A stretch of DNA of 64,000 nt, from the IMG/VR virus record IMGVR_UViG_2940228231_000002, positions 1-64,000 of that record, one strand, 5' to 3'. Of the stretch, positions 21,110 through 31,073 are shown piece after piece; position 1 is the stretch's first letter, and every line of letters starts with the position of its first letter. The DNA comes from a virus (taxonomy: Duplodnaviria > Caudoviricetes). The position numbers and the translations under genes are program-made. The notes under the pieces are model-generated. The model ran no database searches. It had not been told where the DNA came from and saw only the letters and a program-made list of their open reading frames with translations.

Positions 21110-22288
21110 CTACTCTTTATGATCGCCGAGTAATATTTTTTCAAACTCATCTAGATCGACGTTGATATGAAAATCTTCTTCCTTTTCTGGAGTTTCCACA
21201 GGTTCTTCATTTGATGGATATTTCGGCTCTTCCTTATCATTCATAGCTTTCATGTGTCTTTCATATTGCCTGTACACTTCCAAGGACTTGTAGACGCTCT
21301 TAATCTCAGACCCTGTAATTGTTTGATATAATTTGGCAGTATCGTTCTTGTTTTCACATATTATGTCATGCTTTTTTGAAATTTTACACATTCTATGAAT
21401 TGTTCCATGAAACTCGATCAAAGAAAGTGTCATTGCATCTCCATATCCTGAGTCTATTTTATCTCTAGCGAATTTATTATAAAATTTTCTTGATCTTCTC
21501 TTAACTTGTGCCTCTGTCTCATCCTCATCAAAAGCCAACATATAATCTATATTTGCCCACTTTTCAGACACTGCGTTATTAGTGCCTTTCTCAATTATAC
21601 GAGCGCCAATTACTTTTTTTATCAAGTAAAAAGTGTCTCCTTCGATTTCATATTTCTTGTCTTCCAAGTAAATAGTTACCATGAGTGATTCTGGCTCATT
21701 AAAATGGACATTTTTTCTTAGTATCATAGAGCATTTATTCTTATCTACGCCAAAGTAAATTAACATAATATAAAGCAGAACCATCTCATCAAGGGTAATC
21801 ACTTGATAATCTCTCATTTTTCCGTCATCGTCTTCCATTGCTTTTCTATATGGCACACTATCAAATGCATACAGGTTCTTTGTTAAGAAACTAAACAACT
21901 CATCAGGTGATAATAAAATATCTCCATTGTTTTTCTTTTTTTGATACTTAGCGAATTTGTCAAAAATATCATCCATTGTGATAGTATCAGAAAACACATC
22001 GACACTTCCAAAGAATATAATAGGGTCTATTTGGTGTTCCCTGTAACAATAGTCCCTATAATGCAAAAGCTTTTTATACAATATACGTGCATATGTTAAT
22101 TTTTTCGGATTGACTGCTTCAAAAATAATATCCAAATACTCATGTGGATTTATATTACATATATCAGTTTTTGCTTCTTCTTCATATGGCTCTATTTTTT
22201 CAAATACAACAGTCATATCATGAACAAGTTCATCCGACATATAACTAATATGTTCCAAGTATTTTCTTTTCAATTTCTCATTGTACAT
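21110..22288 (-). CDS. hypothetical protein, possibly a catalytically dead tyrosine-recombinase-fold regulator
   Basis: MYNEKLKRKYL...FEKIEPYEE...DI N-terminus resembles integrase SAM-like domains; no intact RHRY set seen. Confidence 0.4.
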   Translation of the reverse strand: MYNEKLKRKYLEHISYMSDELVHDMTVVFEKIEPYEEEAKTDICNINPHEYLDIIFEAVNPKKLTYARILYKKLLHYRDYCYREHQIDPIIFFGSVDVFSDTITMDDIFDKFAKYQKKKNNGDILLSPDELFSFLTKNLYAFDSVPYRKAMEDDDGKMRDYQVITLDEMVLLYIMLIYFGVDKNKCSMILRKNVHFNEPESLMVTIYLEDKKYEIEGDTFYLIKKVIGARIIEKGTNNAVSEKWANIDYMLAFDEDETEAQVKRRSRKFYNKFARDKIDSGYGDAMTLSLIEFHGTIHRMCKISKKHDIICENKNDTAKLYQTITGSEIKSVYKSLEVYRQYERHMKAMNDKEEPKYPSNEEPVETPEKEEDFHINVDLDEFEKILLGDHKE

Positions 22289-22376
22289 CTCATTTTCCCT
22301 CCTTGCATATTATGTATGACAAAGGTATATAAATAAGTCTACAACATTTTTTTGAAACGGTCAAGAAAAAATAGCT

Positions 22377-22772
22377 TTAGCAGGCGATTTTAGAACACAT
22401 CATGTCAATTTCTGAGTAGGTCAAATATGCTAGATAGGGGGTGTTTATTAAACAACACCTCGCAATCTTACCCATAGTTTTATCGTCTACAGTCCCAATA
22501 TAGTCTCCTATATCTGTTTTATTCACTGGTCTCTGACCTTCGCATTGAACGATACTATCTTTCGCAAGTCCAAACGCTCCAGCTCTGATATTTACATGTG
22601 TTGGCAGTTTAGACTTTTTTCTTGATGTGAGTGGCACAATAACTACAGTGTCGCTATATTTGTTTCCTATGTTATTCTGCACTACAACTCCAGGGTGCCA
22701 ACCGTTTTGTAAGCTACCACTTCCCTCTAGTTTGATCCAATAAATTTCCCCAGTATGAATTCTTCCTTTCAT
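22377..22772 (-). CDS. MazF/PemK-family endoribonuclease
   Basis: GEIYW..L...GS.Q.G.HP.VVVQNNIGNKYS.TV.IVPLTS...LPTHV...DS..QCE. Confidence 0.85.
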   Translation of the reverse strand: MKGRIHTGEIYWIKLEGSGSLQNGWHPGVVVQNNIGNKYSDTVVIVPLTSRKKSKLPTHVNIRAGAFGLAKDSIVQCEGQRPVNKTDIGDYIGTVDDKTMGKIARCCLINTPYLAYLTYSEIDMMCSKIAC

Positions 22773-22831
22773 TTTTAATTTCCCCCTTACAAATCATTAA
22801 TTAAATAAGATACTTTTTTTTGATTTGCCTC

Positions 22832-22860
22832 ATTATAGCATACCTTATTGTATTTGTAAA
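22832..22860 (-). promoter_or_regulatory. sigma-A promoter for the mazF-like gene
   Basis: TTTACA-17 bp-TATAAT with extended TG. Confidence 0.75.
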
Positions 22861-22877
22861 GGGGTTTTTGAAAAAAA

Positions 22878-22903
22878 GTAGACCGACTTTGAAATCGGTC
22901 TAC
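22878..22903 (-). terminator. intrinsic terminator
   Basis: GTAGACCGA-N-TCGGTCTAC hairpin followed by a T-tract on the minus strand. Confidence 0.7.
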
Positions 22904-23166
22904 TTATGAGCATATACTATATACTCTCTTTCGTCCTCTAACGTAAAATACAGGACATCGATTGATTCACTTCCGTACCCAATTCTCAACGATGAAGTGG
23001 AAATATTAAACACTAGCATACACACTGGCATCATCATTTCACCAGTATAAAAGCGTATAATATCATCGTGAGATGACGCTGCACATTTTTGAAATCTGCA
23101 CAGAATACTTGGGGACGGCAACTGAAAATCGAAAAAACGATAACTACATAACTTGCTAAAATCCAT
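22900..23166 (-). CDS. hypothetical protein, predicted SOS-regulated
   Basis: RBS AAGGAG; downstream of a LexA-box promoter. Confidence 0.55.
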   Translation of the reverse strand: MDFSKLCSYRFFDFQLPSPSILCRFQKCAASSHDDIIRFYTGEMMMPVCMLVFNISTSSLRIGYGSESIDVLYFTLEDEREYIVYAHK

Positions 23167-23210
23167 TTTTATTTTTTCTCCTTTGTATGCTAGAAAGGTG
23201 AGCTAATATT

Positions 23211-23239
23211 ATAATAGTACGAACATCTGTTCGTGTCAA
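23211..23239 (-). promoter_or_regulatory. sigma-A promoter with overlapping LexA/DinR SOS box
   Basis: TTGACA-17-TATTAT; spacer contains CGAACAGATGTTCG (23220-23233), matching the Bacillota CGAAC-N4-GTTCG box. Confidence 0.8.
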
Positions 23240-23248
23240 TAGTTATGT

Positions 23249-23473
23249 TTACATTTCTGATATTTCATCTATGATGTCATTTATTTCTTCCACAATGTCT
23301 TCCAATCTGTCTGCATTATTTTCCATCGCAATGCTTCTGTCGGAGTTCTGCAATGACTCTGGTGTAAGGTCAAACGCCATTCTCTCTGCCTCTGCTACGT
23401 TTTCTAGAGACCCACCAATATCCTTCAGTCGTTCCGCACATTGCTTTATTTTTCTTCTTCTAGATTCGTTCAT
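23249..23473 (-). CDS. conserved phage hypothetical protein
   Basis: MNESRRRKI...E..AFD..PESLQ.S.R...ME. Confidence 0.65.
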   Translation of the reverse strand: MNESRRRKIKQCAERLKDIGGSLENVAEAERMAFDLTPESLQNSDRSIAMENNADRLEDIVEEINDIIDEISEM

Positions 23474-24014
23474 TTTGTATTACCTCCTTGAGTTTTTCAT
23501 CAGATAATCTGAACTCTCTTTGAAATGCTCGATATGGATTCAAAGTATAATCAAAGCCCCAAAATCCTGGTGGTTTATACTCTGCCTGTTCCTTTGGTGG
23601 CTCTAATTTTTTTAAGGCCCTTTCTTTGAAATTTTCCACTCTGCATTCAGTAGTGATAAAGAAATCTAAATCATATCCATCTGTATTAAACGGACTCGAT
23701 CTGTCGTAATCAAATCCAAAGAGCTCAGTAAAATATTTTGTGACTCCCATTGACATAATTGTTTCTCTCATTGCCGTAGACGCATATGGATATCTCTCTT
23801 CTATGACTTTATCCATTTTAAATTTATCAAACCCTCCAAAACCATTGCAAGTTCTCGCTGCACTCTCCATGTTTGATTTCAGTAAATACGGCGGATAATT
23901 CTTACTTCTGTACTCTGCATTGATTGCATCAATTTTCGCAGTTTCTGACAAATGCATTCCCCCTGCAACTGTCAGTGCTGCTAAGCCAAATAGAAAACTT
24001 ATTGGGCCTGCCAT
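23460..24014 (-). CDS. membrane-anchored hypothetical protein
   Basis: N-terminal hydrophobic helix; RBS AGGAAG. Confidence 0.55.
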   Translation of the reverse strand: MAGPISFLFGLAALTVAGGMHLSETAKIDAINAEYRSKNYPPYLLKSNMESAARTCNGFGGFDKFKMDKVIEERYPYASTAMRETIMSMGVTKYFTELFGFDYDRSSPFNTDGYDLDFFITTECRVENFKERALKKLEPPKEQAEYKPPGFWGFDYTLNPYRAFQREFRLSDEKLKEVIQNERI

Positions 24015-24044
24015 AACATCACTTCCTTTCTCACATTATTGGGT

Positions 24045-24650
24045 TTAAATTTGTTCTTTGAGCATTTTTTCTTGTCTTTCGTAGTCATCGCTTGCCTCCC
24101 TTTCCATATTATCAGTGATTTCTTGTGTGGTCGAATCTGTAATCTCCTCAAAAGAATATGTTTTAAGCATTCGACATGGATAATAGTTGGTCATCACTCC
24201 CTGTCCATAGCGATTTTCCTCTTGTGGAGACCGTTGGAATCCAATCCAAAATTCAAGACACTTTTTATCTATGTTTATAACATAGGCATATTCGCAAAAC
24301 AAGCTATCTTTAATGAATTCAGCAGAATCAACCATATATGGTAGTCCCTGCTTATACACTTCTGGCTCTCCTTGTGTTTTTCTCAACAATACATACCAGT
24401 TGTCTAATCGTCCATCGTCTACAGATTGGTCGGCCCATTTTTTCAATTGTGCAATATTTTCCTCTGTAGGCGTTGACTCCTCATCAACAAGTTGAATGTT
24501 ATTGAAAATCTCAGTCATTTCATCTACATCTGTAGATTTAATAAAACTTAAAACTCTCTCCCCTAATGCATCTGGATTGCTGTCAAAATGATTATACGCT
24601 AGTTTGTCAACATCATCTTTCCTAAATCCCCAAAGTCCTCGTGTTCCCAT
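24045..24650 (-). CDS. conserved phage hypothetical protein
   Basis: MGTRG...YNHFDS.P..LG and DSLFCEYAYVIN motifs. Confidence 0.65.
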   Translation of the reverse strand: MGTRGLWGFRKDDVDKLAYNHFDSNPDALGERVLSFIKSTDVDEMTEIFNNIQLVDEESTPTEENIAQLKKWADQSVDDGRLDNWYVLLRKTQGEPEVYKQGLPYMVDSAEFIKDSLFCEYAYVINIDKKCLEFWIGFQRSPQEENRYGQGVMTNYYPCRMLKTYSFEEITDSTTQEITDNMEREASDDYERQEKMLKEQI

Positions 24651-24687
24651 TATCTTTTCCTCCTAATTTTATCTTTCATTAATGTAA

Positions 24688-25083
24688 TTATCTTGTTTTA
24701 ACCTCAAATGGAATTATCATATCTGGATTGAAAATCAGTGTGAATTTTGTTGTGCTCACATCTGTTCCAGTGATATCCACAAGAGTGTACGATGTGAATT
24801 GTGATCTTCCCGCAAAGTGCTTCTTATACACCACTTTTCCGTTCTTATCGACATCTTTAGATGTGATTTCTAGTTGAGTTCCATCTTCTTCTATGCTCAT
24901 ATATCCAGTTGCACTGAACATAATCTCTCCAGTAAAGTCGTCCATAACAGTCAGTTCTCTCAAAACCTCGAAATTGTCTGCCTCTTTACTGATATTATAA
25001 GATACTCTAGCTGCTTCTCTACATCCTGCCATAGCCATTGCGAAGACAAGCAGTGTCATCATTAAAACAATTTTCTTTTTCAT
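24688..25083 (-). CDS. lipoprotein
   Basis: Signal peptide with lipobox AMAGC. Confidence 0.75.
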   Translation of the reverse strand: MKKKIVLMMTLLVFAMAMAGCREAARVSYNISKEADNFEVLRELTVMDDFTGEIMFSATGYMSIEEDGTQLEITSKDVDKNGKVVYKKHFAGRSQFTSYTLVDITGTDVSTTKFTLIFNPDMIIPFEVKTR

Positions 25084-25094
25084 TTTATTCTCCT

Positions 25095-25352
25095 TTACTC
25101 ATCCTTTGCCTCTCTAAGAAGTTTATCAATATTTTTCTGCATATATTCAGACACTTTGATATATCCTTCTGTATTATTTTCTTCACTAAATCCTCTAAAT
25201 TTACATCTACACGGGAAAACGTCTATGATCGCATCATCGCTAACAGTATAAGCAATCACCCATCCAAATATATGCAAGATGGTATTAATAAACCATAGCA
25301 ATCCAGTTTCTTGAAATTCCCTCCATTCTTTTTGATCAAGCATGTCATTCAT
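25095..25352 (-). CDS. conserved phage hypothetical protein
   Basis: W.EF..TGLLWFIN.ILH.FGW...FRGF.E. Confidence 0.65.
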   Translation of the reverse strand: MNDMLDQKEWREFQETGLLWFINTILHIFGWVIAYTVSDDAIIDVFPCRCKFRGFSEENNTEGYIKVSEYMQKNIDKLLREAKDE

Positions 25353-25596
25353 TACTTCTCACCTTTCTCATATCTTTATCTAACTTTCGTTTCTTTTGCC
25401 ATAAAGTCTGCGTACATGTCTATAAGTTCATCCCAAGAAATTTCTTCGCTACAATAAACCATTTGCAATGCACCCCATATTAGTGCAGATTTTATTTCTA
25501 TTGGTTTGTTTGATTCTCTTATAACTTTCTCAAAGCCATAAAATGACTCCGTTATTTTCTGATTAACTTTTTGTCTTTCTAATTCTGTTGACACCA

Positions 25597-25851
25597 TTAT
25601 TCTACCTCCAATCTCTGCCCACAAGCATGACAATAACAGTCTTCAACACGTCCTTCATCTGCGCCATTTTCTGAGTAGCAACTTGGGCAAAAGTATTCGT
25701 GCAAATAAATTTCTTCAACCTCTAATGGTATTTGTTTTTCTAACGCATCTATTGCCACATCTATTGCTCGATTTTCTTCTTCGCTCCATTCATATGTTTC
25801 TTTTAATGATTCAAGCAAGTCTATTGCCATTTGTTCTATGAAATTTTCCAT
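25597..25851 (-). CDS. zinc-ribbon protein
   Basis: ALEKQIP, CPSC, YCHACGQRL. Confidence 0.65.
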   Translation of the reverse strand: MENFIEQMAIDLLESLKETYEWSEEENRAIDVAIDALEKQIPLEVEEIYLHEYFCPSCYSENGADEGRVEDCYCHACGQRLEVE

Positions 25852-26312
25852 CACTCTATCTCCAACTTTAACAGCTCTTCCACGCTCCAAGGTTCTTCGT
25901 CTTTCCAAATGATAAATGGGAACAACTTGTCAGTCGTATCGATGATGTCATTAAGACATGAAGCCCCATTAAGTGAATAACGCCAATTATTATATTCATC
26001 TCTATGTGGTTTGTGTTTTGGAAAAAACCAGGGATGGTCTAACGAGTCACGTCTCATAATCCACCCTGTTTCTGCAAACTCGCAAAACGCTCTTTCTCGT
26101 TTGGTTAGTTTTGGTTTTTCGACGTATTCGGATGTTAGCCAGTCAAGAGTATCTTCGTTACACATGTCTATATCAATTTCATCTAAACCAAATGCACATT
26201 CACAACAATCAATCGTTCCACATCCTACCACTGCTCCTGTTTTTTCGTCTACAGCAATATCATCTATTCCTATTTCTCTAATTTCTTCTTTGTATTTTTC
26301 TATGTTCAACAT
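25851..26312 (-). CDS. hypothetical protein (mosaic paralog)
   Basis: N-terminus resembles 34866-35054; C-terminus resembles 32106-32513. Confidence 0.6.
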   Translation of the reverse strand: MLNIEKYKEEIREIGIDDIAVDEKTGAVVGCGTIDCCECAFGLDEIDIDMCNEDTLDWLTSEYVEKPKLTKRERAFCEFAETGWIMRRDSLDHPWFFPKHKPHRDEYNNWRYSLNGASCLNDIIDTTDKLFPFIIWKDEEPWSVEELLKLEIE

Positions 26313-26322
26313 CTATCCACCT

Positions 26323-26889
26323 CTAATATTCCATTTCTTTATATGTCGGGATTTTTTCATACCCGTCAAATTCATAGAGCACGATATCATCCTCATCAGC
26401 ACCAAGATACATAGCTATGTCTTCTCTAATCTTGCTCGGTAACACTTCTACGCTATATACACTATGGCCCCATATATCATTAGGGCAATCTTCGTCTGGG
26501 TCATAGTCTTCCTCTGCTACAATCCACTCTGTCCCAGTGTTAAAATACATTGCACTGATATCTAAAATGTCTTTTTGAGAGTATTTACCAACAGGGTAAT
26601 ATATATAATTCCAATCTGACTGGCAACTCCCACAAATCCCTTGGCACATCCAGTGCTCTCCTGTTTTAATATATAGTGCTGTGCAGTTTTTTTGCTGCTC
26701 TGAATACTGTTCATACTCTTCTCCAAGCTCTTCTGCAATTTCTAAGGCCTCAGTAAAATCTTCATTTACATGTCCGTAGAATCTGTCATTTCCGTGTATG
26801 ACTACATCATCATACAATTCTTCAAAATCTTCTCTACTTAATGGAGATTCTTGTTTTTCTGGGTCAACCTGTGCTAAGTAATATTTCAT
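26323..26889 (-). CDS. acidic hypothetical protein
   Basis: RBS GGAGG; 188 aa. Confidence 0.6.
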   Translation of the reverse strand: MKYYLAQVDPEKQESPLSREDFEELYDDVVIHGNDRFYGHVNEDFTEALEIAEELGEEYEQYSEQQKNCTALYIKTGEHWMCQGICGSCQSDWNYIYYPVGKYSQKDILDISAMYFNTGTEWIVAEEDYDPDEDCPNDIWGHSVYSVEVLPSKIREDIAMYLGADEDDIVLYEFDGYEKIPTYKEMEY

Positions 26890-26890
26890 T

Positions 26891-27121
26891 TTAATACCTC
26901 CCTTGAATAATCCATTTTAATTTTTTATTTACATTTTCTAAATCTGCTGCTATTGATTTCAAGTATCGTCTATCTGCCATTTCTAATTTTTTCTCATCGG
27001 ACTTTATAAGGTCTATATTTTCCTCTATATAGTCCAATATGTATCGCCGTAAGTTTTCATTGTCAACCAAGTCATAATTGCTCGTCTTCGCCTTATGGAT
27101 TTTCATTCTTATTTCCTCCAA
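26891..27121 (-). CDS. hypothetical protein
   Basis: Fits operon packing. Confidence 0.5.
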   Translation of the reverse strand: MEEIRMKIHKAKTSNYDLVDNENLRRYILDYIEENIDLIKSDEKKLEMADRRYLKSIAADLENVNKKLKWIIQGRY

Positions 27122-27124
27122 TTC

Positions 27125-28291
27125 TTATATAAATAAACTCCAGTTTTCATCTCGCACCTGAAATGCGTCTCCTAGCTGAATAATGTCTGGATAGTTCGAT
27201 TTTGAAATCTCAACCGCATATTTGTCGATTTCGTAAGCGTAGTATTCCACGTTTTCAAACCCCATTTTATCCAAGCAATATCGTCCTGTCCCAATTCCAT
27301 CATACATTGATAGTACGATTATTCTCTCATCTCTTGGAACGCCACCAAGAGCGTGTGTGAGCAGGTGTATAATCACCTCAGCCGTCCAACCATTTCCTAG
27401 CCCTTGATAGCCACGTGTGGCTGCTACAGCCCTACAATAGTCGTCTGGCAAAGTCTGTAGCCTACAGCACTCCTTCACTGTCAGTTTTCTAATTATGTAA
27501 TACCCATCTTCAAGTTTAATCGGATAACTAGCTCCACGGATTCCTATTCGCCCATCTTTTACTTTGTAGACTCTATATTGCTTCCCATCCACTGAGCTGA
27601 TGATATGAGTCGGCATTTCTCCGTCTGAACAAATAGGAATCGTATATAACCCCGTTTTAGCACCGAGACCACCGCCATTTGCTGTGAGGTTTACTGATTT
27701 TGCATTTATATCATATAGCCTCATTCCTTGACTGTTTTTTAATGTCCCGTCTGGACTGGGAAAGCAGCCAACCTTACTTGACCTCAACTTTTGTGCAATC
27801 ATATTATCCTTCTGTACTGTGGTGAGAACATTAGTCTTGCCATCTAACCTAGGTTCGTAATGTTGTATAATTTCACTTCCGTGGTAGCGACCTCTTTGTG
27901 CGACGCAGATTCCGTCATTGCCCCAAAGGTCATCCTCTAAAACGTCTCTTAATAATATGCCTCTATCTTTTGGTTGCTCAATGTCTTCAAAGTTAGTGAT
28001 ATAGAATCTTTCCCTGTTTTGTGCAGAGACCAACGAAGAATTAATATATGTAAATCTGACATTTGGATCTAAACCCACTCCTAATTCTTGAGACACCTGC
28101 TCTTTAATAGAAGGAGCTGCTGACTTGTTGTTTTCATATAGAAAAAGGTCTGGTTGGAATTTTTCTTTAGCTATCAGATAATTTTCAAATAGCTCCCAAC
28201 CTAGACCTTCTGCTTTAGTCTCTCTATTTTTCTTCTGTGCCACGCTCCAGTGGGTGCATGGCGACCCACCTATAAGTAATTTTATCGTCAT
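27125..28291 (-). CDS. circularly permuted C5 DNA cytosine methyltransferase
   Basis: Order is IV (GGSPC), VI (YENN), VIII (QNRER), TRD, IX (RKLT..EC.RLQ), X (LGNGW), then I (LSMYDGIG), II (AYEID), III (GD) at the C-terminus. Confidence 0.88.
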   Translation of the reverse strand: MTIKLLIGGSPCTHWSVAQKKNRETKAEGLGWELFENYLIAKEKFQPDLFLYENNKSAAPSIKEQVSQELGVGLDPNVRFTYINSSLVSAQNRERFYITNFEDIEQPKDRGILLRDVLEDDLWGNDGICVAQRGRYHGSEIIQHYEPRLDGKTNVLTTVQKDNMIAQKLRSSKVGCFPSPDGTLKNSQGMRLYDINAKSVNLTANGGGLGAKTGLYTIPICSDGEMPTHIISSVDGKQYRVYKVKDGRIGIRGASYPIKLEDGYYIIRKLTVKECCRLQTLPDDYCRAVAATRGYQGLGNGWTAEVIIHLLTHALGGVPRDERIIVLSMYDGIGTGRYCLDKMGFENVEYYAYEIDKYAVEISKSNYPDIIQLGDAFQVRDENWSLFI

Positions 28292-28350
28292 TGATCTCCT
28301 TTCTTGCAAACAAAAAAACACCAGATATACTGGTGCTTCATTTTTAATTC

Positions 28351-28896
28351 TTATTCTTTTTTCTTTGGGATAAACACAACCCCTCTTACTTTTCTAGCAG
28401 AAACAGCCCTTTCTTTCCAGTCATCTAACCATTCATACTGACTCCACTGTTCTACACTCTTTAACTCCATTTTTTCATATCCGTCTATCTCATATTCATT
28501 CAGTAAATATTCTCTTGCTTTCACATAATTAGCTGTTAAATAGCGAGATTTCCTATCATATTTCCTTCCAAAATAATAACCTCTAAGGTGAAAAAGGTTG
28601 CTTATGCTCAGCGTTATTCCTCCTACATCGCTAATTACAAACGGCTCGTCTGGTGAACATAAAACAGGAATGAACTTGATTAATAAACAATCAATACATT
28701 TCTTCGCTCTCTTTTCATTCCACCTTCTAATTATCTGTTTTTCAACTAAATATGGAATGAATTTTTCTTTAACTTTCATATATATTACCAGTGGAAAAAG
28801 AATTATCATCCATAAAGAGCTTGGTTTTTTATTACGCTTTTTCTCAAGCTTTTCGTGTTTTTTCTGTCTCTTGTCAAACGCTTTTTCTAAATTCAT
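28351..28896 (-). CDS. hypothetical membrane-associated protein
   Basis: One hydrophobic segment; RBS AAGGAG. Confidence 0.55.
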   Translation of the reverse strand: MNLEKAFDKRQKKHEKLEKKRNKKPSSLWMIILFPLVIYMKVKEKFIPYLVEKQIIRRWNEKRAKKCIDCLLIKFIPVLCSPDEPFVISDVGGITLSISNLFHLRGYYFGRKYDRKSRYLTANYVKAREYLLNEYEIDGYEKMELKSVEQWSQYEWLDDWKERAVSARKVRGVVFIPKKKE

Positions 28897-28906
28897 TTTT
28901 CACTCC

Positions 28907-29365
28907 TTAGTCCCAAAGATTCCAAAACCACTTCCCCAAAAGTTCAAGCCCTCTTTCAATATCCCCTCCTCTAACTTTGTCTAAGTGCATTTCTTCCTCA
29001 AACCATTTCTCATTCTCATCACTTCCAAATGGGGCAAAAAGCTCATTTTCATTCTTATAGAACCCATTCTCTTCTATACCCCTATAAAAGCAATCCGAAA
29101 TTTCCTCTAAAATCTCACTCCATTCCTCGTCTGTTATACTACAAGGATACCCAGCGCGGCCTTCATTAAATTCTTTTACTCCATTAGAGATAATTTTCGC
29201 AAGATAACTATCAAAATTATATAAATCCCCATACGAATATCCATAAAGTCCTCTTTCAAAGAATTTCCGAACCTTTCTCCACTCATATCCCAAGTAACGA
29301 AGTGGCGCTCTCCAAAAACAGTAGATATTACCTTTGTCAATTCTTTCTTTCTTTCTCTCTTTCAT
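28907..29365 (-). CDS. conserved phage hypothetical protein
   Basis: D.YN.D.YLA.II...GYP...EW..IL...LWD ending. Confidence 0.65.
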   Translation of the reverse strand: MKERKKERIDKGNIYCFWRAPLRYLGYEWRKVRKFFERGLYGYSYGDLYNFDSYLAKIISNGVKEFNEGRAGYPCSITDEEWSEILEEISDCFYRGIEENGFYKNENELFAPFGSDENEKWFEEEMHLDKVRGGDIERGLELLGKWFWNLWD

Positions 29366-29408
29366 TGAACTCCACCTTTCTTCTCTCCCTTAGCTCTATT
29401 CGCTTTCT

Positions 29409-29849
29409 TTAATAATTCCAATATTTCCATTTCCCCTTTCCACCATTAACTGATTCGCAATCTGCACAACCTCTGTCATACTCATGTAAGACACACAGGT
29501 CTCTTGAGCAGTAAATTGTCTCTTCCTCTTTTATTTTTTCTTTCTCTTTTTTAGCTCTTTCTAGCATTTTTATCCTATAGTCTAATGATTTCACTCCTAG
29601 TTCCTCTAAGGCTTTTTCATTTCTAGGAAACCTATCCAATTCTTCTACTTTTACTGTTTTGCTATTATCATAATAGTTCTCACCACAAACAGGACAGTAG
29701 TTATAAACTTTAGTTATTTCTACACTAAACTTTCCGTTTGACGTATCCACAGAACTACAGCCATACTCAAATCCACATTCAGGACATATTGCATAGTAAC
29801 CCATATTTCCCTCTACTTTATAAAAAATCCAAGTCATTTTATCTTCCAT
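29409..29849 (-). CDS. zinc-ribbon hypothetical protein
   Basis: CPECG and YCPVCG. Confidence 0.6.
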   Translation of the reverse strand: MEDKMTWIFYKVEGNMGYYAICPECGFEYGCSSVDTSNGKFSVEITKVYNYCPVCGENYYDNSKTVKVEELDRFPRNEKALEELGVKSLDYRIKMLERAKKEKEKIKEEETIYCSRDLCVLHEYDRGCADCESVNGGKGKWKYWNY

Positions 29850-30696
29850 TTTTTCCTCCTTTAGTGCGTGTAACGAAACTAATCATATATCCATCATTCA
29901 AATATTCACAATGTTCGCAGCCCTTACAGTTTCTACAATTAGAACAATGTTTACAACTAACACATTCAAAACAATTTGTACAGTGTAGACAGTTTGTACA
30001 ATTCTCACAATTAATCAATGATGAACTAAAGAGGAATGCTTTATTTTCAGAAAAATATATACTATCCCATTTATTTCCTCTACTATCAGTCCAGTATCCA
30101 TTTATTAATTCCATCATCTTCCTCTTATTCCTCTTGCTCTCCCTCTTCTCTCATATATAGTGGAACTAACTTATATTTATAGGTTTGATGTTCACAGTCC
30201 TCATTGTCTATACATTCCTTAGAGTTGCAACAATTCGTACAACCATTACACCCAAAACAATTTATGCAGTTGAGGCAGTTCGTACAATTCTCGCAATTGA
30301 TTAATGTTGAGCTAAAGAAAAGTGCTTCACTTTCAGAATAGTATTCACTATCCCATTTATTTCCTCTATCATCTACCCAGTATCCGTTTACTAATTCTAT
30401 CTTCTCCTCTTCTCCTTCTTCCTCTTCCATCTTTATCTACCTTTAGTATTTATACTAAAACGAAGCATATATTTATTTTTATGGTATTCACAATACTCAC
30501 AAGCTTCGCACCCTCTACAATTAGAACAATTTTTACAGTCTACACAGTCAAAACAATTTGTACAGTTGAAACAGTCGATACAATTTTCGCAATTAACCAA
30601 TGACGAGCTAAAAAGAAATGCTTTACTTTCAGAAAAATATATGCTGTCCCATCTATTATTATTTCCATCTACCCAGTATCCGTTTATTAACTCCAT
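29839..30696 (-). repeat. three tandem paralogous Cys-rich (CxxC)n repeat genes (29839-30117, 30125-30430, 30433-30696)
   Basis: All begin EL(I/V)NGYWxD..N.WDS.Y.SE..A..FSS.L.NCENC and continue with CxxC triplets. Confidence 0.85.
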
Positions 30697-30896
30697 TTTT
30701 CTTCTCCTATATTCCACTCCTCCATTGCTTTATCTTCCTTTCTCCTGCTTCTTGTTCTATGCCCACAATTTTGGCAACAAACAATGTAGTTTAATTGATT
30801 TGCAACTCCCTTGATATAGTAACTGTATAATGTTGCATCTCCACCACAGATGCACTTTTTCAGCTCTGTTGTCTGTATCTCTTGCCACTTTCCCAT
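30687..30896 (-). CDS. Lar-like restriction alleviation zinc-ribbon protein
   Basis: LKKCICGG...VCCQNCG..T....A.EEWN. Confidence 0.6.
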   Translation of the reverse strand: MGKWQEIQTTELKKCICGGDATLYSYYIKGVANQLNYIVCCQNCGHRTRSRRKEDKAMEEWNIGEEKWS

Positions 30897-31073
30897 TTTA
30901 TAACCTCTGCTATGTGTATTTTCATCTCTGTTCACCCTCCTCTATGATTTCCTCAAACTTAACATGTTTATTTGTTTCGACCTGACCACAGTTATAAGCC
31001 TCTTCCGCTTCTTCTAGGCTTCGACACCATATTGTTACTTCTCCATAGTCTGTTATTCTAACTTTCATTCCTC

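Noticed and set aside
29839-30717. CRISPR array or DNA tandem repeat
   Set aside because: The periodicity comes from CxxC codons in paralogous genes; there is no constant repeat with unique spacers.
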